Assembly: GCA_052246995.1 (NCBI GenBank)
Contig: JBQPWD010000002.1
Coordinates: forward strand, 160,001 to 224,000
DNA: 64,000 nt
DNA from: Candidatus Bathyarchaeota archaeon
Lineage (GTDB): Archaea > Thermoproteota > Bathyarchaeia > Hecatellales > Hecatellaceae
Reading direction: 5' to 3'
A program made the position numbers and the translations under genes. How positions within the stretch are numbered: position 1 is the first letter of the stretch; each line of letters opens with the position of its first letter. Below, in pieces: positions 21,540-31,641 of this stretch. Below the pieces are notes generated by a model. That model did no database searches and had not been told where the DNA came from. It saw only the letters and a program-made list of their open reading frames with translations.

Positions 21540-23153
21540 TTGGTAAAGTACATATTTGTTAGTGGAGGCGTACTTTCAAGCGTAGGAAAAGGAGTGGTAG
21601 CTTCATCCATAGGTAAAATGTTCCAAGTTAGAGGTTTTCATGTAACAGCTATAAAAATAGATCCTTATGTAAATGTTGATGCAGGCACAATGAACCCACT
21701 AATGCATGGAGAAATTTTTGTAACCGATGACGGTGGAGAAACAGATTTGGATTTAGGTTGGTATGAAAGATTTCTCGATGTTCAAATGAGAAAAGATAAC
21801 AACATAACAACAGGACAAATATATGGTAGCGTAATCGAGAAAGAAAGAAAGGGAGAATATCTTGGAAAATGTGTTCAAATAATTCCACATATAACCGATG
21901 AGATAAAATCTAGAATACGCTCAGTTGCCAAAAATAGTGAAGTTGACGTTGTTTTAACAGAAATTGGCGGAACAGCAGGAGACATTGAAGGTTTACCTTT
22001 TCTCGAGGCTGCAAGACAAATGAGACTTGAAGAGGGATCTTTAAACACGCTTTTTGTTCATGTTGCTCTTATTCCAATTCTTGAAACAACAAAAGAACAA
22101 AAAACCAAACCTCTTCAACATAGTGTAAATGAGCTTAGAAGAATAGGAATTCAGCCAGATATAGTTGTTGCAAGATGTGCAACAATGATTGAACCTGATG
22201 TTAAAAAGAAAATAGCGTTGTTTGCAAATGTTGAAGAAAAGTGTGTTTTTTGCTCTCCAACAATAGATTGTATTTATGAACTACCCCTAGTCCTTGATAA
22301 GCAGGGAATGGGCGATTACATCTGTGAAAGATTAGGATTTCAAAAAAGAAAACCTGACTGGGATGGCTGGATAAAAATTCTTGAAGGATTTTTAAATCCA
22401 ACACAGAGTGTAAAAATCGCAATGTGTGGAAAGTACACAAAACTTGCAGATTCCTATATAAGCATAAACGAGGCTTTAAAACATGCAGGAGCCTCTCTCA
22501 AAACATCTGTGAGAATAGATTGGATTGAAACTGAAGTTTTTGAGAAGGATAAATCTAAACTTGAAATTTTAGATGCATACGACGGTGTACTTGTTCCACC
22601 GGGTTTTGGTCCAAGAGGAACGGAGGGAAAGATTCTAGCTATAGAGTATGCAAGAGAACATAATATACCATTTTTAGGAGTATGCTTTGGATTTCAAATG
22701 GCTGTTGTTGAATTTGCAAGAAATGTATGCAATTTAAAAAATGCAAACAGTGTTGAAAATAACCCTGAAACACCACATCCGATCTTAGACTATCTACCTG
22801 AACAAAAAAATGTTAAAACGCTTGGCGGAACAATGCGGCTTGGTGTTCATGCAATAAGGCTTAAACCTGGAAGTTTGGTTTATAGCCTCTACAACTCTAA
22901 CGACATTATCTATGAAAGACATAGACATAGATTTGAGGTAAACCCAAAGTATTGGGAGATGTTAGAAAAAAATGGTCTTGTTTTTTCCGGTAAAAGTTTA
23001 GATAATAAAAGAATTGAAGCATTTGAACTTCCATCAAACCTTTTTCATATTGGAACACAGTTTCATCCTGAATTTAAAAGCAGACCTGGCAAACCTAGCC
23101 CTATTTACTATGGATTTATAGCTGCATGTTTAAAGAAGAGTGAACTAAATTAA
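21540..23153 (+). CDS. pyrG: CTP synthase
   Basis: GGVLSSVGKG, KIDPY, KTKPLQ, GVCFG, RHRHRFE, QFHPEF. Confidence 0.97.
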   Translation: MVKYIFVSGGVLSSVGKGVVASSIGKMFQVRGFHVTAIKIDPYVNVDAGTMNPLMHGEIFVTDDGGETDLDLGWYERFLDVQMRKDNNITTGQIYGSVIEKERKGEYLGKCVQIIPHITDEIKSRIRSVAKNSEVDVVLTEIGGTAGDIEGLPFLEAARQMRLEEGSLNTLFVHVALIPILETTKEQKTKPLQHSVNELRRIGIQPDIVVARCATMIEPDVKKKIALFANVEEKCVFCSPTIDCIYELPLVLDKQGMGDYICERLGFQKRKPDWDGWIKILEGFLNPTQSVKIAMCGKYTKLADSYISINEALKHAGASLKTSVRIDWIETEVFEKDKSKLEILDAYDGVLVPPGFGPRGTEGKILAIEYAREHNIPFLGVCFGFQMAVVEFARNVCNLKNANSVENNPETPHPILDYLPEQKNVKTLGGTMRLGVHAIRLKPGSLVYSLYNSNDIIYERHRHRFEVNPKYWEMLEKNGLVFSGKSLDNKRIEAFELPSNLFHIGTQFHPEFKSRPGKPSPIYYGFIAACLKKSELN

Positions 23154-23196
23154 GTATTAGATATACAATAATTGTTCACTTTTTGTAGATTTTATT

Positions 23197-24123
23197 ATGT
23201 CTTTCAAATCTTTTATGGAGAAATTTAAGGAAATTGCTGTAGAAGATTTTAAGGTACTACTAGCTATTGAAGCAGGCATGAAACAATACGAATATGTTCC
23301 TTTTGAAAAAGTTGTTAACTACTCTAAATTTTCAGTTGATAAAGTTGAATATGCACTTAACCATCTAAACCGTTTAAGGCTTGTTAGAAGCATTACCTCG
23401 CCCTATAAAGGCTATTGCTTAAACTATTTTGGCTATGATTTTCTGGCACTCAAGTTTTTTGTTAATTCTGGATTTTTAAAGGCGATAGGAAAACCCTTAG
23501 GTGTTGGAAAGGAAGCTGATGTGTATGAAGCATTAACACCGGAAGATGAAATAGTAGCATTAAAATTTCATAGGCTTGGAAGAATAAGCTTTAGACAAAC
23601 AGCCAAAGTTAGAAGTTACGGTAAAGCCAAAACTTTTTGGCTTTTTCGGTCTAAAATTGCTGCTGAAAAAGAGTATAAAGCACTAAAAAAGCTTTATAGT
23701 TGTGGTGTTGCCGTTCCCAAACCCATTTCTCAAAATAGGCATGCTATTTTAATGGGGAAGATTGATGGTCTTATGCTTAGACAGTTTAAACACCTGAATA
23801 GGCTTGAAGATGTTTTTTTAAAGATATTAGAAAATGTTAAATTAGCCTATCATAGAGCAGGAGTAATACATGCAGACCTAAGCGAATATAACATCCTGCT
23901 GGATGAAGAAGAGAAAAACATTCAAATAATAGATTGGCCTCAGCATGTAACTACTAACCATCCTAACGCACAACAAATTCTTGAAAAAGACCTCAAAAAC
24001 ATCTTAAGATTTTTTAGACGAAAGTTTGACTTACAAATTCCGTTTAAAGATGTTTTAAATTTTGTAATATCTGACAAATCTGTTAAAAAAGTTCAAATTT
24101 TCCCTCAACAATCTGACTTGTAA
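23197..24123 (+). CDS. rio2: Rio2 atypical Ser/Thr kinase
   Basis: N-terminal wHTH, GVGKEADVY, KFHRLGRISF, HADLSEYN, IIDWPQ. Confidence 0.93.
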   Translation: MSFKSFMEKFKEIAVEDFKVLLAIEAGMKQYEYVPFEKVVNYSKFSVDKVEYALNHLNRLRLVRSITSPYKGYCLNYFGYDFLALKFFVNSGFLKAIGKPLGVGKEADVYEALTPEDEIVALKFHRLGRISFRQTAKVRSYGKAKTFWLFRSKIAAEKEYKALKKLYSCGVAVPKPISQNRHAILMGKIDGLMLRQFKHLNRLEDVFLKILENVKLAYHRAGVIHADLSEYNILLDEEEKNIQIIDWPQHVTTNHPNAQQILEKDLKNILRFFRRKFDLQIPFKDVLNFVISDKSVKKVQIFPQQSDL

Positions 24124-25303
24124 GCTTTGGAACATTTGCTGTTTCTTCGTAAACAATAGATTTAATATCCGCAGCAATATTTCTAAGAGAATAACCTTTC
24201 TCTAAGTTCACGTGGATACTTACGGCCTGTGGCTCGGTTATAGGTTTACCAATACTACTGAGTATTTTAACGTAGACTTCCCTAATACCCTTAACTTCGT
24301 TAAACACCTTTTCAGCAACAATTTTAGCTAAAAGATTGTATATCTTTCCCGTATGACTTACTGGGTTTTTTCCAGCTGCAGCTTCAAGACTCATTTGTCT
24401 ACATGGTGTTATTAACCCACTAACTCTGTTACCTCTACCAGTGTTACCATCATCACCATGCTCAGCCGATGTCCCAGTAACCGTTAAATAAAAAATTCCT
24501 TTTCTTACATTATCTCCAACATTTACTCTAATATCTTCAACTTCTAGCTCCTTACCTACAAGCCTAGTTGCAAAATCTTTAACTTTGTCGGCAACCTCTT
24601 CCTTTACATTAAGATAATGGGTTTTATCAGGAATCAAGCTACTTATCATTGCAGCTGAAATTGTTAACCTAATTTTGTTTTTTTTCCTTAAACCCATAAC
24701 CTTGATGTCCTCTCCTACCTCAGGGAGTTCCTTTTTAAATTTTTCTGAATTTAGATATTTCTCAGTTTCAAGCACAACTTTTTCTGTTGGTGTTAGGGGT
24801 GCAAAGGAAACTCCAAAGGAAGTATCATTGGATAATGGAACCCCGCGCTTACTCTCAAAAATCTTTACAAGATCTACTGAACCTTGCTTAATTTTACAAT
24901 CTATTTTTACATGTTTTTCAGGGTCTAAGAACCTAAAGTTGTTCAGTAGGTAATTCTTAATAGCGTTAGTACAAATTTCTTTAACCTGGATTTCAACCAG
25001 CTTTTTATTACTTTTTACCGTAGTCACGGCTCTTCCAGCCACAATCACCTCTATAGGTTCTTCAACATAACCGCCACCAAACCTTGGGTTGGATTTACCG
25101 CCAACAACTAAACTTTTATCAACGTTATGATGTAAGATTGTATTAAAATTTTCTAGGTAATATTTACATAAAGCTTTACAACAACACTCAGAAGACATGT
25201 CTGAAATGTAGTCTGGATGACCTTTACCTTTTCTTTCGACAATTTCAATGCTTTGCTCGGATACCGGTTTACCAACTATCTTTTCTATGAATATCTGCCT
25301 CAC
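24083..25303 (-). CDS. mat: Archaeal S-adenosylmethionine synthetase
   Basis: [46 protein letters not shown]. Confidence 0.96.
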   Translation of the reverse strand: MRQIFIEKIVGKPVSEQSIEIVERKGKGHPDYISDMSSECCCKALCKYYLENFNTILHHNVDKSLVVGGKSNPRFGGGYVEEPIEVIVAGRAVTTVKSNKKLVEIQVKEICTNAIKNYLLNNFRFLDPEKHVKIDCKIKQGSVDLVKIFESKRGVPLSNDTSFGVSFAPLTPTEKVVLETEKYLNSEKFKKELPEVGEDIKVMGLRKKNKIRLTISAAMISSLIPDKTHYLNVKEEVADKVKDFATRLVGKELEVEDIRVNVGDNVRKGIFYLTVTGTSAEHGDDGNTGRGNRVSGLITPCRQMSLEAAAGKNPVSHTGKIYNLLAKIVAEKVFNEVKGIREVYVKILSSIGKPITEPQAVSIHVNLEKGYSLRNIAADIKSIVYEETANVPKLTSQIVEGKFELF

Positions 25304-25333
25304 TTTTCTTCAGCCACTTAAGTTCACTTTTAA

Positions 25334-25567
25334 TTACTCAAACGAAATGAGTATTATGTTATTTCCACGAATGAAAACATTTCCATACTCTTTTATTGGA
25401 ACATTGTCGTTGTACTCTGTTGCATCATCAAGAATAAGGTTCATATAGGTGTCACACTGGACGAGTCTCCCACGATACTCCAAATCATTTTTAAGTTTTA
25501 CTCTAACATTACTTTTAACATTTTTCATTAGAAAAACTATAGGTTTTTTTACTGCTTCATTTGTCAT
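25334..25567 (-). CDS. Sm-like archaeal protein (Lsm/SmAP)
   Basis: Sm1 (VKLK..G.L..D.YMNLIL) and Sm2 (IRGNN) motifs. Confidence 0.93.
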   Translation of the reverse strand: MTNEAVKKPIVFLMKNVKSNVRVKLKNDLEYRGRLVQCDTYMNLILDDATEYNDNVPIKEYGNVFIRGNNIILISFE

Positions 25568-25899
25568 AAATACGTCTCCTCGACAACCATTGCAGTAGTA
25601 ATCCGCCTATAATTTTTCTTCTTGAGTGTAAGTAAATAAATCTAACTGTTTCAACTTTTTGGAGCACTAAACAATGTCTGTCAACAAAAAATTAGTTTAA
25701 AAACAAATTTTTTAGCTAGATTTTTATACTGAGCAATATATTTTCATCAACTTATATAAACATGTTTATGTAAAAAGTCTATCATTACACTAAAAAATTA
25801 GTCAAAAATTTTTATATAGACATAAGTCAATCTTTTCCTTAAAAACAAGGAAATTTTTTAAGGAAACGGTTGAAGAAGTTAACTAGCGGTAGATGTAAA

Positions 25900-26076
25900 A
25901 TGAAAAATCTTGTTGTAGAGGTTACAACCGAGAACAAACTCCTCCACACGAGACTTGGAAGAGAAAAACAATAAAGGTAAAATGACTTGAGTGTTAAAGG
26001 AGATATGAATACGTTAAATCTGTTAGGAGCTTTAAAAAGTAGTTGGGAAAAGAATGCACAAAGTTATGGAGGTTAA
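25900..26076 (+). pseudogene. Frameshifted purS-like remnant, possibly joined to a purL 3' remnant
   Basis: Pieces across frames read MKNLVVEVTTENK / STRDLEEK / KTIK / NDLSVKG / YEYVKSVRS, resembling the archaeal PurS N-half. They are followed by ALKSSWEKNAQSYGG* just before purF. Confidence 0.55.
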
Positions 26077-26082
26077 CTAGGA

Positions 26083-27513
26083 TTGGCCAGGGAGTCATGT
26101 GGAGTTATTGGGGTATATAGCAAAACGGGAAAAAGTGTGGCAGTGAAGATATTCTATGGGCTTATGGCTTTACAGCATAGAGGTCAAGAAAGCGCTGGTA
26201 TCGCACTTACAAATGGTGACGATAAAGTTTTTTTAAAAAAAGGTTATGGACTTGTTGGCGAAGCCTTACCATTTACTGAGATATCAATGCTTAATGGTAA
26301 AATTGGAATTGGTCATGTAAGATATCCAACTACTGGAAGCACAAGTTTAACCGATGCCCAACCATTTAACCTTGATGGTGTAGCCGCTTCGCATAATGGT
26401 ACAATAGTTAACTACGTTGAACTTAGAGAAGAGCTAAGAAGAAAGGGCGCATACTTTACCTCAACATGTGACATAGAAGTTCTATTAAACATTCTACTAC
26501 GGGAGTATAGAGAAAGAAAAGATTATTTTGAGGCACTTGCAGAAATGGATAAAGTTGTTGAGGGATCCTATTCGGTTGTATGTTTAACAGGTAAAGGTGA
26601 GATGGTCATTTTTAGAGATCCATATGGTTTCAAACCATTATGTTACGGTGAAAGTGATGAATACTTTATATCGGCTTCTGAAAGTGTTGCAATAGACATA
26701 TGTGGTGGACACCTAGTTTCAGATGTTCAACCAGGTGAAGCTTTACTAGCTTCAGATGGAAAAATCGAAAAAAAATGTTTTGCCAAACGTATGAAAAAAG
26801 CCTACTGTATGTTTGAGTACGTGTATTTTAGCAGACCTGATTCTGTAATTGAGGGTACAAGCGTTTATGATGTAAGAGTCAAGCTTGGGTTAAATCTCGC
26901 AAAAACTTATGAAAATAATGCTGACGTTGTTGTTCCTGTTCCAGACACTTCAAGACCTGCAGCTGAAGGAATAAGCAGGTATAGCGGTCTCCCTGTTGCT
27001 GAGGGCTTAATAAAAAACAGGTACATCCACAGAACTTTTATCATGCCTAGGCAAACTCTTAGAGAAGAATCTGTAAAAATTAAGCTTAATCCTCTTAAAT
27101 CTGTTCTTAAAGGTCGGCGAATTATATTGGTTGACGACAGCATTGTTAGAGGAACCACGATAAAAAACATTATTCGCATGATTAGAAACGCTGGAGCTAA
27201 AGAAGTTCATGTAAGAATTACTTGTCCACCAATAATTTCTCCATGTTTTTACGGTATAGATATCTCAACTTATGGAGAACTTATCGCCTTTAACCATTCA
27301 ATTGAAGAAATACGTAGAATTATTGGAGCTGATAGCTTAGGCTATCAAACAATAGACGGACTTGTAGACGCCATAGGTATAGGAAAAGATAAGCTATGTT
27401 TAGCATGCTTAACAGAAGAATATCCTACACCCAAAGCTCAAGAAATTGCAGACAGGATGAAGAAAAAATGTCCAACAAGTAGCACTAGATATTTTGAATT
27501 TAAAAATGGGTGA
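26083..27513 (+). CDS. purF: Amidophosphoribosyltransferase
   Basis: Propeptide plus catalytic Cys (ESCGVIG), LQHRGQ, GHVRY, HNG, CMFEYVY, VDDSIVRGTT, CLAC. Confidence 0.96.
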   Translation: MARESCGVIGVYSKTGKSVAVKIFYGLMALQHRGQESAGIALTNGDDKVFLKKGYGLVGEALPFTEISMLNGKIGIGHVRYPTTGSTSLTDAQPFNLDGVAASHNGTIVNYVELREELRRKGAYFTSTCDIEVLLNILLREYRERKDYFEALAEMDKVVEGSYSVVCLTGKGEMVIFRDPYGFKPLCYGESDEYFISASESVAIDICGGHLVSDVQPGEALLASDGKIEKKCFAKRMKKAYCMFEYVYFSRPDSVIEGTSVYDVRVKLGLNLAKTYENNADVVVPVPDTSRPAAEGISRYSGLPVAEGLIKNRYIHRTFIMPRQTLREESVKIKLNPLKSVLKGRRIILVDDSIVRGTTIKNIIRMIRNAGAKEVHVRITCPPIISPCFYGIDISTYGELIAFNHSIEEIRRIIGADSLGYQTIDGLVDAIGIGKDKLCLACLTEEYPTPKAQEIADRMKKKCPTSSTRYFEFKNG

Positions 27514-28862
27514 GACTTTTGGGGGGAATTGTAGGAATATACGGATTTAGTAAGGAGTGGCGAATGGCGAGGTTTACATATTATGCGTTACTAGCCCTTC
27601 AACATAGAGGTCAAGAAAATTGTGGAATAGCAACTTTCAACGGAGAAAGTTTATCGTTTTACAAGGGTTTTGGTATGGTAGATCAAGTTTTCTCAAATGA
27701 AAAAATTTTTGAGGGACTTCACGGATGGATTGGTATTGGAAGTGTTTCTTCTACGTCTAAGAATTCTTTAGAAAAAGTTCAACCAATAATTATCTCCGAA
27801 CCTAGAAATATTGCTTTATGCTACGATGGAAAAATATTAAATTGGAAAGAAATCTCTAAAAAAGAGTGTTTAAATGTAGAGGATGAAGACGAGTTTTTAG
27901 CTAAACTCTTTTCTAGCGAACTTATGAACGTTAAAGATTCCTTAACAGCCATGATTAATGTTATGAAGAAAATTAAAGGTGTGTACTGTATTATAGCATT
28001 GACCGATAAAGGTGAAATGATTGTTGCCAGGGATAAGTTTGGCGTTAAACCGTTAACAATTGGAAGTTTTGGTTTTGATTATGGAGTTGTTGCATCAGAA
28101 AGCTGTGTAATGGACGTGATTGGCGCGGATTTTAAGGGAGATATTCAACCTGGAGAAGTTTATCTTTTTGATGCTTACAGTATTGAAAGAAAACAGGTTT
28201 TTAAACCCCAGCCTAAGTATTGCTCATTTGAATATGTTTACTACTCCAGACCCGACTCTATAATAAACGGTAAAAGCGTTTACGAAGTTAGAGTAAAAAT
28301 AGGAGAAATACTTGCGGAAGAACATTCCACAACCAAGAAGGTTGATGTTGTTTTAGGCGTTCCAGAAACCGCAATACCTTTTGCTATTGCATACTCAAAT
28401 AAGACTGGAATACCTCTAGGTTTAGGTTTTGTTCAAACAGGTAGAAGAATAAGAAGTGCAATAAAACCTTCAGAATTTGAACGTATGGTTGGTGTTCAAC
28501 TTAAGCTTAATCCTATAAAATCCGCAATTACTGGTAAAAAAGTTGTTCTTGTAGATGATAGCGTCGTTAGGGGGACCACAACAAAAAACACGGTATATCA
28601 GATGAGAAACCGTATTGGAGCTAAAGAAGTTCATGTAAGAATTGGAAGCTCAAGGCTTATAGCTCCCTGCCCTTATGGTACTGACGTTCCAGAAAAAGAT
28701 GAACTTATAGCTGCAAACCTAACAGCCAAAGAAGTTAGTAAAGTTGTTGGTGCAGACACGTTTTACTGGCTCAGTCTTAAAGGTCTAGTAAAAGCCATAG
28801 GAATAGCAAGAAAAAATCTTTGTTTGGGGTGTTTTACTGGAAGGTACTTAAACATAAGCTAA
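27510..28862 (+). CDS. PurF paralog lacking the glutaminase nucleophile
   Basis: N-terminus LGGIVG (Gly instead of Cys); GHVRY and HNG lost; PRPP motif VDDSVVRGTT and Fe-S cysteines kept. Confidence 0.9.
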   Translation: MRLLGGIVGIYGFSKEWRMARFTYYALLALQHRGQENCGIATFNGESLSFYKGFGMVDQVFSNEKIFEGLHGWIGIGSVSSTSKNSLEKVQPIIISEPRNIALCYDGKILNWKEISKKECLNVEDEDEFLAKLFSSELMNVKDSLTAMINVMKKIKGVYCIIALTDKGEMIVARDKFGVKPLTIGSFGFDYGVVASESCVMDVIGADFKGDIQPGEVYLFDAYSIERKQVFKPQPKYCSFEYVYYSRPDSIINGKSVYEVRVKIGEILAEEHSTTKKVDVVLGVPETAIPFAIAYSNKTGIPLGLGFVQTGRRIRSAIKPSEFERMVGVQLKLNPIKSAITGKKVVLVDDSVVRGTTTKNTVYQMRNRIGAKEVHVRIGSSRLIAPCPYGTDVPEKDELIAANLTAKEVSKVVGADTFYWLSLKGLVKAIGIARKNLCLGCFTGRYLNIS

Positions 28863-28883
28863 AAATTTTGGTGGGTATACGAG

Positions 28884-29435
28884 ATGGTTAAATTAGAGGT
28901 TGAAGTTAAGGTTAGAGTTGAAGACTTAGCTAAAGTTGAAGCTAACCTTAAAAAACTTATGGCAACTGAAGTAAGTTACGGAGTTCAAGAAGATTTATAC
29001 TTTAATGCGCCGCATAGAAACTTCATGATTACCGATGAAGCTTTAAGAATTAGAAAGTCAAATGGTAAATGTTTTTTAACATATAAGGGATGTAGAGTAG
29101 ATAATCAAGCAAAAACTAGAGAAGAGTTGGAAGTTGAGGTTGAAGATTTTGATAAGATTAAGCTTATTCTGGAAAGACTTGGTTTTAAGCCTCTCTACTT
29201 GATTAAAAAAATGAGGAAAACCTTTCAGTTTGAGAATTTAAAAATTAATTTAGATAATGTTGAAAAACTTGGAAGTTTTGTTGAGGTTGAAGGTTTTGCT
29301 GAAAATGAAAAAGAACGTGAAATAACAGTGGAAAATGTAAAAAAGGTGCTTTTAAAGCTAAATTTACATGATAAAAAACTGGAGGATAAAACGTATCTTG
29401 AACTTTTTTTACAAAAAGAAATGATAAAAAATTAG
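28884..29435 (+). CDS. CYTH-domain triphosphate tunnel metalloenzyme (class IV adenylyl cyclase-like)
   Basis: EVEVK, QEDLYF, DEALRIR, LTYKG, REELE, LGSFVEVE. Confidence 0.92.
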   Translation: MVKLEVEVKVRVEDLAKVEANLKKLMATEVSYGVQEDLYFNAPHRNFMITDEALRIRKSNGKCFLTYKGCRVDNQAKTREELEVEVEDFDKIKLILERLGFKPLYLIKKMRKTFQFENLKINLDNVEKLGSFVEVEGFAENEKEREITVENVKKVLLKLNLHDKKLEDKTYLELFLQKEMIKN

Positions 29436-29439
29436 AAGG

Positions 29440-30930
29440 GTGAGAAACTTCTTGCGTATTTTACTTGTAGGAGAAGGTGCAAGAGAACATGCAATAGCAG
29501 AGGCTATATCAAAAAGTTCGTATGAACCTAAGCTTTATGCAGCTATGAGTTTAAACAATCCAGGCATCTATAGTCTTTGCAAGAAAACAGGAGGAGATGT
29601 TTTACTTGGAAACTCAAAAAATCCTAAGTTCGTTGTTGAGGCTGCTAAAAAATTTAATGTTGACTTCGTTTTTGTAGGCCCTGAAGAACCTTTATTTCAC
29701 GGGGTTGCTGACAAACTTGAGGAAACCGGAATACCGTGTATTGGGGCTAAGCGCAAGCCAGCTGAGATTGAAATGTCCAAAGCTTTTATGAGAAGACTTA
29801 TGTGGAAGTATAAAGTTCCGGGAAGACTGAGATTTAAGGCTTTTAAAAGTGTTGATGAAGCTGTTGCGTACATTAAGGAGTACGCTGAAAGCGTGGCTTT
29901 AAAACCTGCTAGGCAGGCAGGAGGTAAAGGAGTTAAAGTTATAGCTGACCTTCAAGCTTATCTTAGGTCAGAAAAAACACATGTCAAAGAAAAACATGTT
30001 AAAGCAATAGACGAAGTTTATATGCATGAATTTACAGACATTGAAGATAGAATTTTAGTTGAAGAAAGAGTTGAAGGCCCGGAATACACTCTTCAAGCTT
30101 TTACTGATGGTAGGGTAGTTAAACCTTTACCCCTTGTTCAAGATAACAAAAATGCATTTGAAATGGATATTGGACCTGAAACTGGGGGTATGGGGTCTAT
30201 AGCAGGAAAAGGTAAACTTTTACCGTTTATAACCGATGAGGAGTATGAAACATCAACCAAAATTGTTGAAGCTTGTGTTAAAGCTGTAGAAAAAGAGTTT
30301 GGCGAAAAGTATAAAGGTGTTATCTCTGGACAAATGATGTGTACTGCAAGTTGGGGTCCAACAATAATAGAATTTTACAGTAGATTTGGCGACCCTGAAG
30401 CTGTAAACGTTTTACCAATAATGGAAACTGATATTGTTGATATTTGTGAAGCTATAATCGATGAAGGGTTGAATAAAGTTAAACTTAAGTTCGAGGATGT
30501 AGCTACGGTTGTAAAATGTGTGGCGCCAAAAGGTTATCCTGAAGAAAGGGAGATGGCTAAGGGTCATCCTGTACATGTTGATGAAGAGGCTATAAGGAGA
30601 GCAGGTTGTAAGGTTTACTATGGTTCAATAGACTTAAAAAGTAACGGTGAGATGATTTCAGGCGGTTCTAGACTTGTTGAAATTTTTGGTAAAGGTGAAA
30701 ACATTATTGAAGCTGGAGATGCTGTTGAGAGATGTGTACCATATGTTTGGCTTAAGGATGGTTGGGGAGTTTTCCACAGAAAAGATATAGGTTCAAAGGA
30801 ACTTTTGGAGAAAAGAATAGAACAAGCAAACATTGTAAGAGGTGTGTATAAGTATAGGTTAGAAAAGAAGCTTATAGGTAAAACAATAGAGTGGATACCT
30901 AAAAAGGGTAAAATCATCTTAGAGGCGTAA
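29440..30930 (+). CDS. purD: Phosphoribosylamine-glycine ligase
   Basis: GEGAREHA, VGPEEPL, GGKGV, GPETGGMG, EFYSRFGDPE. Confidence 0.96.
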   Translation: MRNFLRILLVGEGAREHAIAEAISKSSYEPKLYAAMSLNNPGIYSLCKKTGGDVLLGNSKNPKFVVEAAKKFNVDFVFVGPEEPLFHGVADKLEETGIPCIGAKRKPAEIEMSKAFMRRLMWKYKVPGRLRFKAFKSVDEAVAYIKEYAESVALKPARQAGGKGVKVIADLQAYLRSEKTHVKEKHVKAIDEVYMHEFTDIEDRILVEERVEGPEYTLQAFTDGRVVKPLPLVQDNKNAFEMDIGPETGGMGSIAGKGKLLPFITDEEYETSTKIVEACVKAVEKEFGEKYKGVISGQMMCTASWGPTIIEFYSRFGDPEAVNVLPIMETDIVDICEAIIDEGLNKVKLKFEDVATVVKCVAPKGYPEEREMAKGHPVHVDEEAIRRAGCKVYYGSIDLKSNGEMISGGSRLVEIFGKGENIIEAGDAVERCVPYVWLKDGWGVFHRKDIGSKELLEKRIEQANIVRGVYKYRLEKKLIGKTIEWIPKKGKIILEA

Positions 30931-30951
30931 ACAGGTATTAGGTGAAGTAAA

Positions 30952-31356
30952 TTGAAGGGTAAAGTTGCAATCATACTTGGAAGTGAAAGAGATAGGAGTG
31001 TAGCTGAAGAAGCTGTAAAAGTATTAGAAAAAGTTGAAATAGCTTATGAAGTTAAGGTTTTGTCAGCCCATAGAAATCCTAAAGAACTTGAAGAATACAT
31101 TAAAAACTGTGATGCTGATGTTTTTATAGGCATAGCTGGGCTTTCAGCACATTTACCTGGTTTTATAGCCTCAAGAACAGATAAACCGGTTATAGGTGTA
31201 CCCTTAAATGTCCAGCTTGGAGGACTTGACGCGCTGCTTTCCATAGTTCAAATGCCTAAAGGTGTCCCTGTAGCATGTGTAGGCATAAATAACGCTGAAA
31301 ACGCAGCCTGGCTTGCATACAGAATTTTAAGTTTAAAAGAAAAGTTAACCAAGTAG
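30952..31356 (+). CDS. purE: N5-CAIR mutase / AIR carboxylase
   Basis: [33 protein letters not shown]. Confidence 0.96.
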   Translation: MKGKVAIILGSERDRSVAEEAVKVLEKVEIAYEVKVLSAHRNPKELEEYIKNCDADVFIGIAGLSAHLPGFIASRTDKPVIGVPLNVQLGGLDALLSIVQMPKGVPVACVGINNAENAAWLAYRILSLKEKLTK

Positions 31357-31396
31357 CCGAAAAAAGATGGTAAAAACAATTAAACATTTTTAGCAT

Positions 31397-31440
31397 ATGA
31401 TGACGGTCTAAGCTTAGAGTGTGACAGTGACTATTAAAGA
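31397..31440 (+). ncRNA. Possible degenerate C/D-box sRNA
   Basis: Box C ATGATGA followed by CGGTCTAAGCT, antisense (with G:U pairs) to 23S rRNA GGUUUAGACCG. No canonical box D. Confidence 0.3.
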
Positions 31441-31641
31441 AACTTTTCATCCTTTTAGTAAAAACTATCCGATAACTTAGTTAGGGATAAAGCTTTATCG
31501 AGAGTTTCACTATAAAAATAAAAACTGTTAAGCAGGTAATTCTTCACAGGTAAGATTAGATCAAACTGGTTTTCAACACTTCTTTCTGACTAATTTGTTT
31601 AAAAATTTTCCGGAGAAATTTAATATTAACTAAAGCAGCTT

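Noticed and set aside
24083-24123. 41-nt convergent overlap of rio2 and mat
   Set aside because: Tail-to-tail overlaps (also lysJ/cofE sharing TTAA) are common in compact archaeal genomes.
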